In this document: positions 28,676 to 40,806 of the stretch, one piece after another
Numbering within the stretch: the stretch's first letter is position 1
Layout: every line of letters starts with the position of its first letter
DNA from: the human T2T-CHM13v2.0 reference genome, Homo sapiens
Length of the DNA stretch: 64,000 nucleotides
Assembly: GCA_009914755.4 (NCBI GenBank)
Contig: CP086569.2
Span: 13,088,001-13,152,000, forward strand
Direction of reading: 5' to 3'
Notes under the pieces: generated by a model
Databases searched by the model: none
Told to the model about the DNA's origin: nothing
The model's input: the letters and a program-made list of their open reading frames with translations, nothing else
Translations under genes and position numbers: made by a program

Positions 28676-29433
28676 CCAGGATCCCAAGGTCTGTAACCCC
28701 CATGAGAGATGAAAACAAAATTTCACCCACATCCTAATCAAAATGAGTCTCCCAAGTTGCATTGGAAAGAATAAAAAGTCCAGTGTCCTTGCAAACTCAC
28801 AGACTTGTCTGTTCTTTTTTTATACCACAGTGACAAAAATATTAAATTATGTTTTTATACTGCAAGCCTCCAACAGAGTAGGGAGCATTAATTATGGAGT
28901 ATATTTTTGGAAAATAAGATGGAGCTTTCAGAATGGAGCAAGAAGGGATGAAGACAGGTGCCCTTACTCTCCCTCCAATCACTTCAGTCAACGCTGGCAA
29001 CTATACAAACTTATGAGGCTATGACTCACCCTGTTCATGTTTCATGGAAGTTTTTACAATTTGTGAACACTCATCCTTAAAAAGAAGAAAAGGCAGTTTC
29101 AAAAATTAAAGGGGAAAAAGATACATTTCTCCTACCTCACCACCACACAGAAACCTGAAAAGGCTTAGCAACAAAACTAAAATCCTGAGATTGACAACTT
29201 TTTTCTTACTTGGAAAATCTCATTAGAGCTTACACTATGAAAAGTCCTAACATGCATATTTCCATATGGTTGTGAGAAAACAGCCTCACCCCTCACAATG
29301 TAGAAATCATTAATGCTAACAAGAGAAACATAAGTCCTGGGAAAAGGGATCTTTGGCAGTTTGCACCAGAGAAGAAAAAAGATTTATTCTTAGAGCCTGT
29401 CCGCAGGCTCTTAGAATTCTAGACATCCTTGCC

Positions 29434-29705
29434 AGGTGTGGTGGCTCACCCCTGTAATCCCAGCACTTCAGGAGGCTGAGGCGGGTGGATCACTTAGGGC
29501 AAGGAGTTCAAGAACAGCCTGGGCAACAAAGCAAGATCCTATCTATACCAAAAAATAAAAAAATTAGCTGGGCGTGGTGGCATATACTGGTAGTCTCACC
29601 TCTTTGGGAGGCTGAGATAGGAGGATCACTTGAGCCCAGAAGGTTGAAGCTTCAGTGAGCTGTGATTGTCCAGTCTGGGTGACAGAGTGAGACCCTGTCT
29701 AAGAA
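29434..29705 (+). mobile_element. Alu (plus)
   Basis: 'ccaggtgtggtggctcacccctgtaatcccagcacttcaggaggctgaggcgggtggatcacttagggcaaggagttcaagaacagcctgggcaacaaagcaag...cagtctgggtgacagagtgagaccctgtctaagaag'. Confidence 0.9.
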
Positions 29706-29800
29706 GAAGACAGATGAGGAGGAGGAGGAGGGGGAGGAAAATGAAGAGGAGGAGGAGGAGGAGAGGGAGGAAAAGAAGGAGAGGGAGGAGAAAAGAAGAA
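29706..29800. repeat. Purine-rich (GAGGAG/GGA)n tract at the Alu tail, followed by a 27-nt poly-T at 29861-29887
   Basis: 'aagacagatgaggaggaggaggagggggaggaaaatgaagaggaggaggaggaggagagggaggaaaagaaggagagggaggagaaaagaagaaaag'. Confidence 0.85.
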
Positions 29801-30859
29801 AAGAAATGTGAACATTCCCATGCATAGTGACCAAAGGTAGAAGAAGCCTTGTAAATTTTCTTTTTTTTTTTTTTTTTTTTTTTTTTGCTTTTGTGGAAAA
29901 CAAATGTAATTCAGGAGTCAGCAGAGGGAAAAGACACAGAAATGATCTGAAGATACTGGCAATTTCTGCTTAGAGCTGCTTTCCACTGTCCCCTCTTCAG
30001 AAACTCAACACTGTCTTCTCCCTTCCTTCCCTATGAATGTTCATGGCTCCTGGGGCTGGGGTTGAGAGTCTTTGTTTACCTTCCCTCCTGCTGGCTTCAG
30101 ACTATCACAGATGCTGGGAAACTTTGATCTGCTGAATCCTGTTCCTCCTTGGAAGCTACTGGAGTCTGCATAAACACCCCTAAGACCTCTGAGCTCCTGT
30201 CCCACTGAGCTGTTCATGAGGCATCCCGGGTGTCAGTAGGTCAGCTGCCCTCTGTGCATGGCATGCAGGAGGAGGAGCCAGAGATCCCTTTAAACCCCCT
30301 TTAGCTCTTACTGAGCTCTGTAGCTGCAACTAGAAACCAAGTTGACACTAGGCAGATTAACAAAGGAAAACATACATATTTTAATTTTCCATAGACAATG
30401 GGGATATTCCCAAGAGTGATGTTCAAAGAGGTGATGAAACCAAGACACTTTTGTACTTTTAGACGAAGAATGACAAATTTGAGAAGAAATGAAAAACAAA
30501 GAGAATCTGACTGGGGCAGTGAATTTCTGGGAAAGTCACAAGGAGATATATGGGAGGGGTTAAACTAGTGTGAAGCGCATTTGTTGAGGTCCATTGCAGG
30601 TCCCAAAGCCCAGTCTCTGGTGATGACAGCTATTTTCTCACCCTGGTAAGGGGAGGAATCCCCTCCCAGAGGAATCTTTATAGCTTGCTGCCTGCAGGAA
30701 GAGACAGGTCGACTAGCCCTTTCTGAAACTACAATTCTCCAGTGTTTTCAACTCTAAATATGAAAGATACGAATCCAGCATATTTTGGGAAGGCACGTCC
30801 TTCTCTCCTTCAACAGCACAAATAGGTATCACAACCTAGGGCATATATGAGCCACCCTG

Positions 30860-31060
30860 GTGATATCTAGGAATCTCAAGAAGAAGAGAGAGAAGAAAGA
30901 AAGGAGAAACAAGGGAGGAAGACAGGTAGAGAAAAGAGAGAGAAAAAGGAAGGTAGGGAAAGGAAGTGGGGGGAAGTATATGAGAGAGAGATGTAGAAAG
31001 AAACGTGGGGGAGAGAGACAGAGAGCACAGAAGCAGTTATATAGCTATACTTAAAAAGCC
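30860..31060. repeat. GA-rich polypurine low-complexity tract of about 200 bp
   Basis: 'gaagaagagagagaagaaagaaaggagaaacaagggaggaagacaggtagagaaaagagagagaaaaaggaaggtagggaaaggaagtggggggaag...gagagagatgtagaaagaaacgtgggggagagagacagagagcacagaagcag'. Confidence 0.8.
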
Positions 31061-31751
31061 AGGAGGCCCAGGACTAGAGAAAAAACAAATCCCTTTGTTC
31101 TATGAGGTACAGATTTTTTTCTCTCTTCCCAAAAATGTCATTATTTTTCTTCTCCTGACTCATAAGAATATCAATAAAGAGTCAAACTCTGTAAAATATT
31201 TGAAGAGATTTATTTTGAACAAATATTTTTATAGGAATGGGGTCCAGGAAACAGACCCCAAGAGAGGGTTCTTATCTGGTGCAAGAAATAATTTGGGGCA
31301 AGTCCATAGAGTAAAGTGAAAGAAAGTTTATTAGGAAAGTAAAGGAACAAAAGAATGGCTACTCCATAGACAGAGCAGTCCCAAGAGGGCTGCTGGTTGC
31401 CCATTTTTATGGTGATTTCTTGATGATATGCTAAACAAGGGTGGATTACTCCTGCCTCCTCTTTTTTGACCATATGGGGTAACTACCTGACATTGCCATG
31501 GCATTCGTAAATTGTCATGGTGCTGGTGGGAGTGTAGCAGTGAGGACGATCAGACATCACTCTACTACCATCTTGAGTATCTCAGTCCCATTCTCATCCA
31601 AGGCACCGTAAAAACTAGAATCCCTCCTTCCCAAGGTGGATCCAAGAAACAAGACACCTTTTTCCCCAAAGCCAGGCATAAAGCCTAAAAGTATGACTCT
31701 AACTCCCTCTACTCACCTTTCCATGTAAAAACTGGCCATAAAGAAATGATC

Positions 31752-31852
31752 TGAGGGCAAGGCACAGTGGCTTACACCTGTAATTCCTACATTTTGGGAG
31801 GCCAAGGTGGGAGGATCCCTTGAGTCCAGGAGCTTGAGAACAACATGGGCAA
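31752..31852 (+). mobile_element. Alu left-monomer fragment, truncated exactly at the start of the minisatellite
   Basis: 'ggcaaggcacagtggcttacacctgtaattcctacattttgggaggccaaggtgggaggatcccttgagtccaggagcttgagaacaacatgggcaa'. Confidence 0.75.
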
Positions 31853-34800
31853 CTTCCTGTTTCTCCCCTGTAAAAGACAAACTTTTTGTCCCTCCCCAGT
31901 GCAGGATGCACTTCCTGTGTCTCCCCTGTGAAGGACACACTTCCTGTCATTCTCCTAAAAGAGACACACTTCCTATTCCTCCCCTGTGTAGGACACACTT
32001 CCTGTATCTTTCATGTGAAGGACACACTTTCTGTTCCTCCCCTTGCAAAACACACTTTCTGTTTCTCTTCTGTAAAAAATGCATTTTCTCTATCTCCCCT
32101 GTGCAGCAACACTTCCTGTTTCTTTTCTGTGTAGGACAAACCACTTGTGACTCCCATGTGCAGGAGAAACTTTCTGTTTATCCTCTGTGCAAGACATACT
32201 GTGGTTCCTGCCCTGTGTAGAACACATGTCCTGTGTCTCCCCTTGCAGGACACAGTTCCTGTTCTTCCCCTGTGGAATATACACTTTCTGTTCCTTCCCT
32301 GTGTAGGACAGACTTCTTGTTACTCTTCTGAGACAGAAACACTTCCTGTTCTTTCCCTGTGCAAGGCACACTTCCTGTGAAGGACACACTTCCTGTTACC
32401 CTCTGGAGAAAGACATACCTTTTGGTCCTGCTCTGTGCAGGATACTCTTCCTGTGCCTCACCTGTGAAGACACACTTTCTGTTCCTCCCCTGTGCAGGTC
32501 TCACTTTTATTTCTCTTCTGTGAAGAACACACTTACTGTTTTACTTCTGTGAAGGGCACACTTCCTGTTTCTTCTCTGTGCAGAACACACTTTCTCTGTC
32601 TCCCCTGTGAAGGATATACTTTCTGTTCCTCCCCTGTGCTGGACACTTCCTGTGTCTCCCCTCTGAAGGACACACTTTCTGCTTATCCTTTGTGCAGGAC
32701 ACATTTCCTTTTCCTGCCCTGGACAGGACACACATCCTGTGTGTACCTCTTGGAGGGCACACTTCTGGTGTCTTTCTGTGCATAGCACACTTCCTGTTAT
32801 TCTCCTGAGAGACATACTTTCTGTTCCTCCCCTGTGCAGCATACACTTCCTCTGTCTCCCTTTGCAGGACACACTTCCTCTTCCTCCCCTGAGGAGCAAT
32901 CACTTTCTGTACTTTCCCAGTACAAGACAGAATTTTTTTAATCTCCTGAGACAGACACACTTCCTGTTCCTTCCCTGTGCAGGACACATTTCCTGTGACT
33001 TTCCTATGAAGGACACACTTTCTGTTACTCTCCTGGGGAGGGACACAATTCTTGTTCCTGCCCTGTGCAGGGCACACTTCCTGTCTCCATTGTGAATGAC
33101 AAACTTTCTGTTCCTTCCCCGTGCAGTACACACTTCCTGTTAATCTCCTTAGGCAGACACATTTCCTTTGTGTCTCCTGTGCAGGTCACACATCCTGTTT
33201 CTCCCCTGTGAAAGACACACTGTTTATCCTCTGTGCAGGAAACACTAACTGTTCCTTCCCTGTGCAGAACACACTTCCTGTGTCTCCCCTGTGCATGACA
33301 CACTTCCTTTTTCCCCCTATGCAGCACACGCTTTCTGTTCCTCCCCTGTGCAGTACACACTTCCCTCTTCTCCCCTATGCAGCACACACTTTCTTTTCCT
33401 CCCCTGTACAGTACACGTCCTATGTCTCTCTTTTGTAAGACATTTTCTATTTCTGCCCTATCCAATACACACTTTCTGTTTCTATCCTGTGCATAAAATA
33501 TTTCCTGTTACTCTCTTGAGACAGCCACACTTCCTGTTCTTCAACTCTGCAGGACACACTTCCTGTTACTTTCATGACACAGCCACACTTCCTGCTCTTC
33601 CCCAGTGCAGGACACACTTCCTGTGTTTCTCCTGTGCATGACACACTTCCTACACACTTCCTATTACTATCCTGAGACAGACACACTTTCTGTTCCTCCC
33701 CTGTGCAGGACACACTTCCTGTGTCTCCCTTGTGCATGACAAACTTTCTGCTACTCTCCTCAGACAGATACTTTTCCTGTTACTTCCCTGTGCAGGACAC
33801 ACTTCCTGCTTTTCTTTGTGAAAGACACACTTCGTTATCTTCCCTTTACATGACACACTTCCTGTTCCTATCCTGTGCAGCACACACTTTCTGCTCCTGT
33901 TCTGTGCAGGACACTCTTCTTGTTACTCTTCAAACAGACACACATCCTGTGTGTCTCCTGTGGTGGGCACACTTCCTGTTACAATCCTGAGACAGACACA
34001 CTTTCTGTTCCTTCCCAGTGCAGGACACACTTCCTGTTTTTCTTCTGTGAAGGACATGTTTCTTCTTTCAGCTCTGTGAATGACACTCTTTCTGTGTCTC
34101 CCCTATGCAGCACCCACTTTTTGTTCCTCCACTGTGCAGCACACACTTCCTGTTTCTCCCTTCTGCAGCACACACTTTCTGTTCCTCCCCTGTGCACTAC
34201 ACACTTTCTGCTCCTTCCCTTTGCAGAACACACTTTCTATTTTTCTTCTGTGAAGGACACACTTCTTTCAGCCTTGTGAATGACACACTTTCTCTGTCTC
34301 CCCTATGTAGCACCCACTTTCTGTTCCTCCCCTGTGCAGTACACACTTCCTGTTTCTCCCCTATGCAGCACACCCTTTCTGTTCCTCCCCTGTGCGGTAC
34401 ATACATCCTGTGTCTCTCCTTTCCATGACACATTTTCTATGTCAGCCCTATCCGATACACATTTTGTGCTTTTATCCTATGAATGACACACTTCCTGTTA
34501 TTTTCATGACACAGCCACACTTCCTGCTCTTTCCCCATTCACGACACACTTCCTGTGTTTCCACTGTTTATGACACATTTCCTATTACACTCTTGAGAGA
34601 GACACACTTTCTGTTCCACCCCTGTGCAGGACACACTTCCTGTATCTCCCTTTTGCATGACAAACTTCCATAGCTTTCCTCAGCCATACACTTTTCCCTG
34701 TACTTCCCTGTGCATGACACATTTTCTATTTCTCTTCTGTGAAGAACACACTTCCTGCTTTTCCTCTGTGACAGACACACTTGCTGTTCTTCCCGTGTGC

Positions 34801-37585
34801 AGGACACACTTCCTGTATCTCCCATTTACAGGACCCACTTCTTGTTTCTTTCCTGTGCAGCACACACTTTCTGTTCCTGTCCTGTGTAAGACACACTTCT
34901 TGTTGATCTCTTGAGACAGACACACTTCCTGTTCTTCCTCTGTGCATTAAACACTTCTTGTGTTTCCCTGTGCATGACACACTACTTCTTTCTGTCCTGG
35001 GCAAGACACACTTCCTGCTTCTCTCCTGTGAATGACACATTTTCTTATCTCCCCTGTGCAGAACACACTTCCTGTGCCTCCCCTTTACAGGACTTACTTC
35101 CTGTTCCCACTCTGTGATGCAAACACTTTCTGTTTCTGTTCTGTGCAGGACACACTACTTGTTACTCTCCTTAGAGAGACACACTTCCTGTGTCTCCTCT
35201 GTGCAGGACACATTTCCTGTGTCTCCCCTGTGCTGGACTCACTTCCTTTTACTCCCCTGAGACAGAAACACTTTGTGTTCCTTCCCTGTGCAGGACACAC
35301 TTCCTGTTCTTCTTCTGTGAAGCACATGCTTCTTCCTTCAGCTCTCTGAATGACATACTTCCTGTGTCTTCCCTATGCAGCACACACTGTTTCTACCCTG
35401 TGCAGTAGACACTTCCTCTGTCTCTTTGCAAGATACACTTTCTGTTTCTGCCCTGTCCTGTACACACTTCTGTTTCTATCCTGTGCATGACACACTTCCT
35501 GTTATTTTAGTGTCACAGCCACACTTCCTTCTCTTCCCCTGCGCAGGACACACCTCCTATTTCCCCTGTGCATGACACACTTTCTATTACTCTCCTGAGA
35601 CAGACACACTTTCTGTTCCTACTCTGTGCAGGACACACTTCCTGAATTTCCCTTGTGCATGACAAATTTTCTGTTACTCTCCTCAGACAGATACTTTTCT
35701 TGTCACTTCCCTGTGCAGGACACATGTCCAGTTTCTCTTCTGTGAAGAACACAATTCCTGTTCTTCCTCTGTGAAAGACACACTTCCTGTTTCTCCTGTT
35801 TAGCACACACTTCCAGTGTCTCCCCTGTGTATGACACACTTCCTGTTTCTGTCCTATGAATAACACACTTGTTTCTCTCCTGTGGACACAATTCCTTGTC
35901 CCCCTTGTGCAGGTCATACTTTTTGTGTCTCCTCTTTACAGGACACACTTCCTGGGTCTCCCCTTTGCAGGACACAATTCCTGTTCTTATTCTACACAGC
36001 ACACATTTTCTGTTCCTGTCCTGTGTAACAGCTATTTATTGTTACTCTCCTGAGATAGAAACTCTTCCTGTTCTTCTCCTGTCTGTGACATACTTCCTGA
36101 GTGCTCCCTGTGCATGACACACTTCCTCTTTCTGTCCTTTGCAAGACACATTTCCTGTTTCTCCCCTGTGAAGGACAAACTGTCTTCTCTTCCCTGTGGA
36201 GGACACACTTTCTTTGTCTCCCCTTTGTAGGACACACTTCCTGTTCCTACCTTGTGCAGCATACACTTTCTGTTTCTGTCCTGTGCAAGATGCACTTCTT
36301 GTTACTCTCCTGAGACAGACACACTTGCTTTTCCTCCCCTGGGCAGGATGAGCTTCCTGTGTCTTTCCTGTGCCTGACACAACTTCTGTTACTCTCATGA
36401 GACTCACTCTTCTGCTTCTGCCCTGTGCAGGATGCACTTTTTGTGTCTCCCCTGTGCACAACACACTTTCTGTTTCTCTACTTTGCAAGACACAACTCCT
36501 GCACATTCTTTTTTGCAGGACACACTTCCTATTCCTTCTGGTGAAGCACACACTTTCTGTTCCTCCCCTGTGCAGGACACATTTCTTGTTACTCTCCTGA
36601 AACTGACACACTTCCTGTTCTTTTCCTGTACAGGACACACTTCCTGTTTTTCCTTTTCCTCCTCTTTTTAGGAAACACTGCCTGTGTGTCCCCTGTGCTG
36701 GACACATTTCCTGTGTCACCTCTGTGCAGGACACACTTGCTGTTTCCCCCTGTGCAGTAAGCACTTTCTGTTCCTCTGTTGTACAGGATACACCTCCTGT
36801 TTTTCCCCCGTGGAACACACACTTTCTGTTCTCTTGTGCAGGTTACAGTTCTCATTTCTCCCATGCAGCACACACTTTGTTTCTTTCTTGTTTCTGGGCA
36901 CACTTTTTGTTACTCTCCCCTGTGTTGGACACACTTCTTGTTACACTCCTGAGACAGACACACTTCCTGTTTCTCTCCTATGCAGGACACAGTTCCTGTT
37001 CCTTCCCTGTGCAGCACATACTTTCTGTTCCTCCCCTGTGCAGCACACATTTTGTTTCTTTTCTGTGAAGAACACACTTCTGGTTTCTCTTCTTTGAAGG
37101 ACACACTTCCTGTTCCTCCCCTGTGCAGGACACATTTCCTATTTCTCCTCTGTGTGGAACATACTTCCTGTGTCTCCCTTGTACAGGACAACTTCATGTT
37201 TATCCTCTGTGCAGGGCACACTTTTTCTTCCTCCCCTGTGCAGGACATACTTTCTGTGTCTCCTTTTTGCAGGACACACTTCTTGTTCTTCTCTTGTGAA
37301 GCACACACTTTCTATTCTTCTCCTGTGAAGTACAGTCTTCTTGTTAATCTCCTAAGACAGACACACTACCAGCTCCTCCCCTGTGCAGGATGCACTTACT
37401 GTTCATCTCCTGTGCAGGACACCCTTCCTGTTCCTCCCTTGTGTGAGACACACTTCTTGTGCATAGTCTTTACAGGACACACTTTCTGTTTCTATTCTGT
37501 GCAGCACACACTTTCTATTCCTGTCCTGTGCAGGACAAACTTCCTGTTACTCTCCAGAGACAGATGCACTTCCTTTTTCACCCTT
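31853..37585 (+). repeat. Large minisatellite/VNTR-like array: unit of about 29-30 bp (consensus roughly CCTGTGCAGGACACACTTCCTGTTCCTCC), about 190 copies over about 5.7 kb, with a local 90-bp higher-order repeat (three subunit types)
   Basis: Continuous recurrence of 'acacacttcctgt(t/g)tctcccctgtgcagg' from 31853 to about 37585, with variant subunits '...cctgtgcatgacacacttcctgttactctc' and 'ctgagacagacacacttcctgttcctccc'. The plus strand is strongly pyrimidine-rich and CpG is nearly absent. Confidence 0.95.
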
Positions 37586-37856
37586 GTCTTTTTTTTCTTT
37601 CTTTTTTTCCTGTCTGTCCTTTCTTTCTTTCCTTCTATGTTTTATTTTTTCTTTCTTTTCTTCTTTTGTTTTCTCTTCCTTTATTCCTTTTTCTTTTCTT
37701 TCTCTCCTTCCTTCCTTCCTCTCTCCCTTCCTTCTTTTTTCTTTCTTTCTTTCTTTCCTTCCTTCTTTCTCTCTTCTTTCTTTCTTTATGTCTCTCCTTT
37801 CTTTGTGTCTTTTTTTCTTGTTTCTTTTCTTTCTTTCTTTTTTTTTTTTTTTTTTT
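37586..37856. repeat. (TTTC)n/(TTCC)n/(CT)n polypyrimidine simple repeat of about 270 bp directly abutting the minisatellite
   Basis: 'cttgtcttttttttctttctttttttcctgtctgtcctttctttctttccttctatgttttattttttctttcttttcttcttttg...ttcttttctttctttcttttttttttttttttttt'. Confidence 0.9.
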
Positions 37857-37975
37857 GAGACAGGGTCTCACCATGTTGCCCAAGCTCATCTTGAACTCCT
37901 GAGCTTGAGCAATCCTCCTGCCTTTGTCTCCCAAAATGCTGGGGATATAGGTTTGACCCACCATGCCTAACCCAT
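37840..37975 (-). mobile_element. Alu fragment (one arm, minus)
   Basis: 'ttttttgagacagggtctcaccatgttgcccaagctcatcttgaactcctgagcttgagcaatcctcctgcctttgtctcccaaaatgctggggatataggtttgacccaccatgcctaaccc'. Confidence 0.7.
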
Positions 37976-38528
37976 CCTTCTTATTGATCTTTGTAGCCAC
38001 AGATAATTATTTCAAAACAATTAAGTGATACTCTTTAAAAAATCTTTATCTTCCTTCTCCCCCCATAAATATGCACATAGTTTCCTATGGCATGCGATTT
38101 TCCATTGCAATGCTACATTCCCAAATAAATATCTTTTCTTTTACAGAGTATCTCTGTTATTTAAGATGACACTAGTTTATTTCAGCACACTTAAATATTA
38201 AACTTTTAGACATTTTTTCATCAATTGATGGCCTGATTCAAATCAGCATAACCTGTTTGTCAGAAAATCCTGGTTTACAACTCTAAAAATCAATAAAGGT
38301 GGTGTTCTAACTTATTAATAAAGTTAAGAAAATATCCAAGAATGACAGACTTTTATATACTTTGGAAAAAGAGAACTATCCAGAAAAAAAATGTTTTAAG
38401 ACATTTTGTTCCCTGTTTGACATGTGTTTCTCAATATTGATTTATTTGCATAACAAAGTTTAATTCTTAACTGATAAAAGTAGAGCGAATTATCATGTGA
38501 TTGATCATCATACTTACACTAGTTATAA

Positions 38529-38730
<202 letters not shown>

Positions 38731-39392
38731 TTCTGAGGCCAGAGTATAATTCAATCAATCTAATTAGAAAAGTGTAGGAACAAATTTTTATTTCTAGTCT
38801 TTGGCGACTAACAGGATGACTTGCAAGGATTTCCAGGCTAAATTTTTGGCTAAGCAGGGGATCTGTACAACAAGAATGACAGAATCCAAGAGCACATTAG
38901 TTAACAGTCTTTACTAAGGAAAACCCCAGTCTGTGTAAAGAATCCAAAATGGTAATCATGTATGCATTTTAGCACCATTGTTTTCTACCCTCACTCTCAG
39001 CGATGCCTGGAGGTTACCCTCATGTCTTTGAATAGTTTCTTATTGCCACTTTTATTTTTCATACTCACTCTTTATCTCCTGTTGCCTGTGGAAGCACTTG
39101 GTAAGCAAGGTCTTTTTCAACATTAGACAGCAGAAGTGGAGAATTGCAAAACAGATGATGTCATTGTTTCTTGTTGATCTTCGCATCCACATTTCCATTA
39201 TCATCACACAGAAAATTACCTTGATTGTCTGCATATTATAAGGACCACCTCCAAGCTAACAACTTTCTCTGCATTATTTTAATCTGTCTTAACCATCTGT
39301 AATATTTTTGGCATACTTTGGCTGTTTCAATTAAGTGGATGCTCCTTTTTACTATCCTATACAAATATTTTTCTTCTGCATTTTTTGGGGTT

Positions 39393-39670
39393 TTTTTGAG
39401 AGTTTCCCTCTGTCACCCAGGCTGGAGTGCAGTGGTGCGATCTTGGTTCACTCTGGCATCGACTTCCTAAGGTGATCCTCCCACCTCAGCCTCCTGAGTA
39501 TCCAGGACCACAGGTGTGTGCCACCATGCCCAGTTAATTTTTTTGCATTTTTGTAGAGACAGTGTTTCATCATGTTTCTCAGCTGGTCTCACACTTCTGG
39601 GCTCAAGTGATCTTCTCACCTTGGCCTCCCAAAGTGCTGGGACTACAAGTATGAGCCATTCTGCCAGAAC
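39393..39670 (-). mobile_element. Alu (minus)
   Basis: 'gagagtttccctctgtcacccaggctggagtgcagtggtgcgatcttggttcactctggcatc...ttggcctcccaaagtgctgggactacaagtatgagccattctgccag'. Confidence 0.85.
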
Positions 39671-39874
39671 TGCATTTTTTCATACTATTCCTTGCTTTTA
39701 TTGAAGTGTCCACCCTATGCCTGTTGTGTTTGTGTGAATGTGTGTGTGTCGCACTTCCTGTATAAATGTCTTCTCTCTGACCTTCTCCTCCCTTCTTGTC
39801 TCTGGTATCAAATTCCCCCCCAAGAAACTAGAATTTCTCCATAGAAGTTAGATTTTTTCCCCATAGAAACTGGA

Positions 39875-40806
39875 ATTTTCGCAACCTACTCATCTGACAA
39901 AGGGCTAATATCCAGAATCTACAATGAACTCAAACAGATTTACAAGAAAAAAACAAACAACCCCATCAAAAAGTGGGCAAAGGACATGAACAGACACTTC
40001 TCAAAAGAAGATATTTATGCAGCCAAAAAACACATGAAAAAATGCTCATCATCACTGGCCATCAGAGAAATGCAAATCAAAACCACAATGAGATACCATT
40101 TCACACCAGTTAGAATGGCAATCATTAAAAAGTCAGGAAACAACAGGTGCTGGAGAGGATGTGGAGAAATAGGAACACTTTTACACTGTTGGTGGGACTG
40201 TAAACTAGTTCAACCATTGTGGAAGTCAGTGTGGCGATTCCTCAGGGATCTAGAACTAGAAATACCATTTGACCCAGCCATCCCATTACTGGGTATATAC
40301 CCAAAGAACTCTAAATCATGCTGCTATAAAGACACATGCACACGTATGTTTATTGCGGCATTATTCACAATAGCAAAGACTTGGAACCAACCCAAATGTC
40401 CAACAATGATAGACTGGATTAAGAAAATGTGGCACATATACACCATGGAATGCTATGCAGCCATAAAAAATGATGAGTTCATGTCCTTTGTAGGGACATG
40501 GATGAAATTGGAAAGCATCATTCTCAGTAAACTATCGCAAGAACAATAAACCAAACACCGCATATTCTCACTCATAGGTGGGAATTGAACAATGAGATCA
40601 CATGGACACAGGAAGGGGAATATCACACTCTGGGGACTGTGGTGGGGTTGGGGGAGGGGGGAGGGATAGCACTGGGAGATATACCTAATGCTAGATGACG
40701 AGTTAGTGGGTGCAGCGCACCAGCATGGCACATGTATACGTATGTAACTAACCTGCACAATGTGCCCATGTACCCTAAAACTTAAAGTATAATAATAAAA
40801 AAAAAA
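39875..40806 (+). mobile_element. Young 5'-truncated LINE-1 (L1PA2/L1PA3-like): ORF2 C-terminal 615 nt, 3'UTR and poly-A, flanked by an 11-14 bp TSD (A)GAAACTGGAATTT
   Basis: Near-identity to the L1PA consensus from 'ttttcgcaacctactcatctgacaaagggctaatatccagaatctacaatgaactcaaacagatttacaag' through '...gggagatatacctaatgctagatgacgagttagtgggtgcagcgcaccagcatggcacatgtatacgtatgtaactaacctgcacaatgtgcccatgtaccctaaaacttaaagtataataataaaaaaaaaa'. The upstream flank is 'atagaaactggaatttt' and the downstream flank is 'agaaactggaatttc'. Track ORF 39986..40549 is in-frame ORF2 C-terminal sequence. Confidence 0.9.

Noticed and set aside
31853-37585. Reading the large regular tandem array as a CRISPR-like repeat-spacer array or other prokaryotic element
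   Set aside because: The sequence is primate genomic DNA (Alu, L1PA, LTR12, MaLR throughout). The array has no unique spacers and every about 30-bp unit is a variant of the same sequence. It is a eukaryotic minisatellite.
36980-37902. 292-aa and 147-aa ORFs rich in F/L/S ('FFFLSFFPSFFLSSFFLYVS...')
   Set aside because: They are translations of the (TTTC/TTCC)n polypyrimidine microsatellite and the end of the minisatellite. They are low-complexity artefacts.
39986-40549. 187-aa ORF
   Set aside because: It is the same L1 ORF2 C-terminal sequence in the young 5'-truncated L1 at 39875-40806. It has no promoter or ATG of its own; the first Met is internal.
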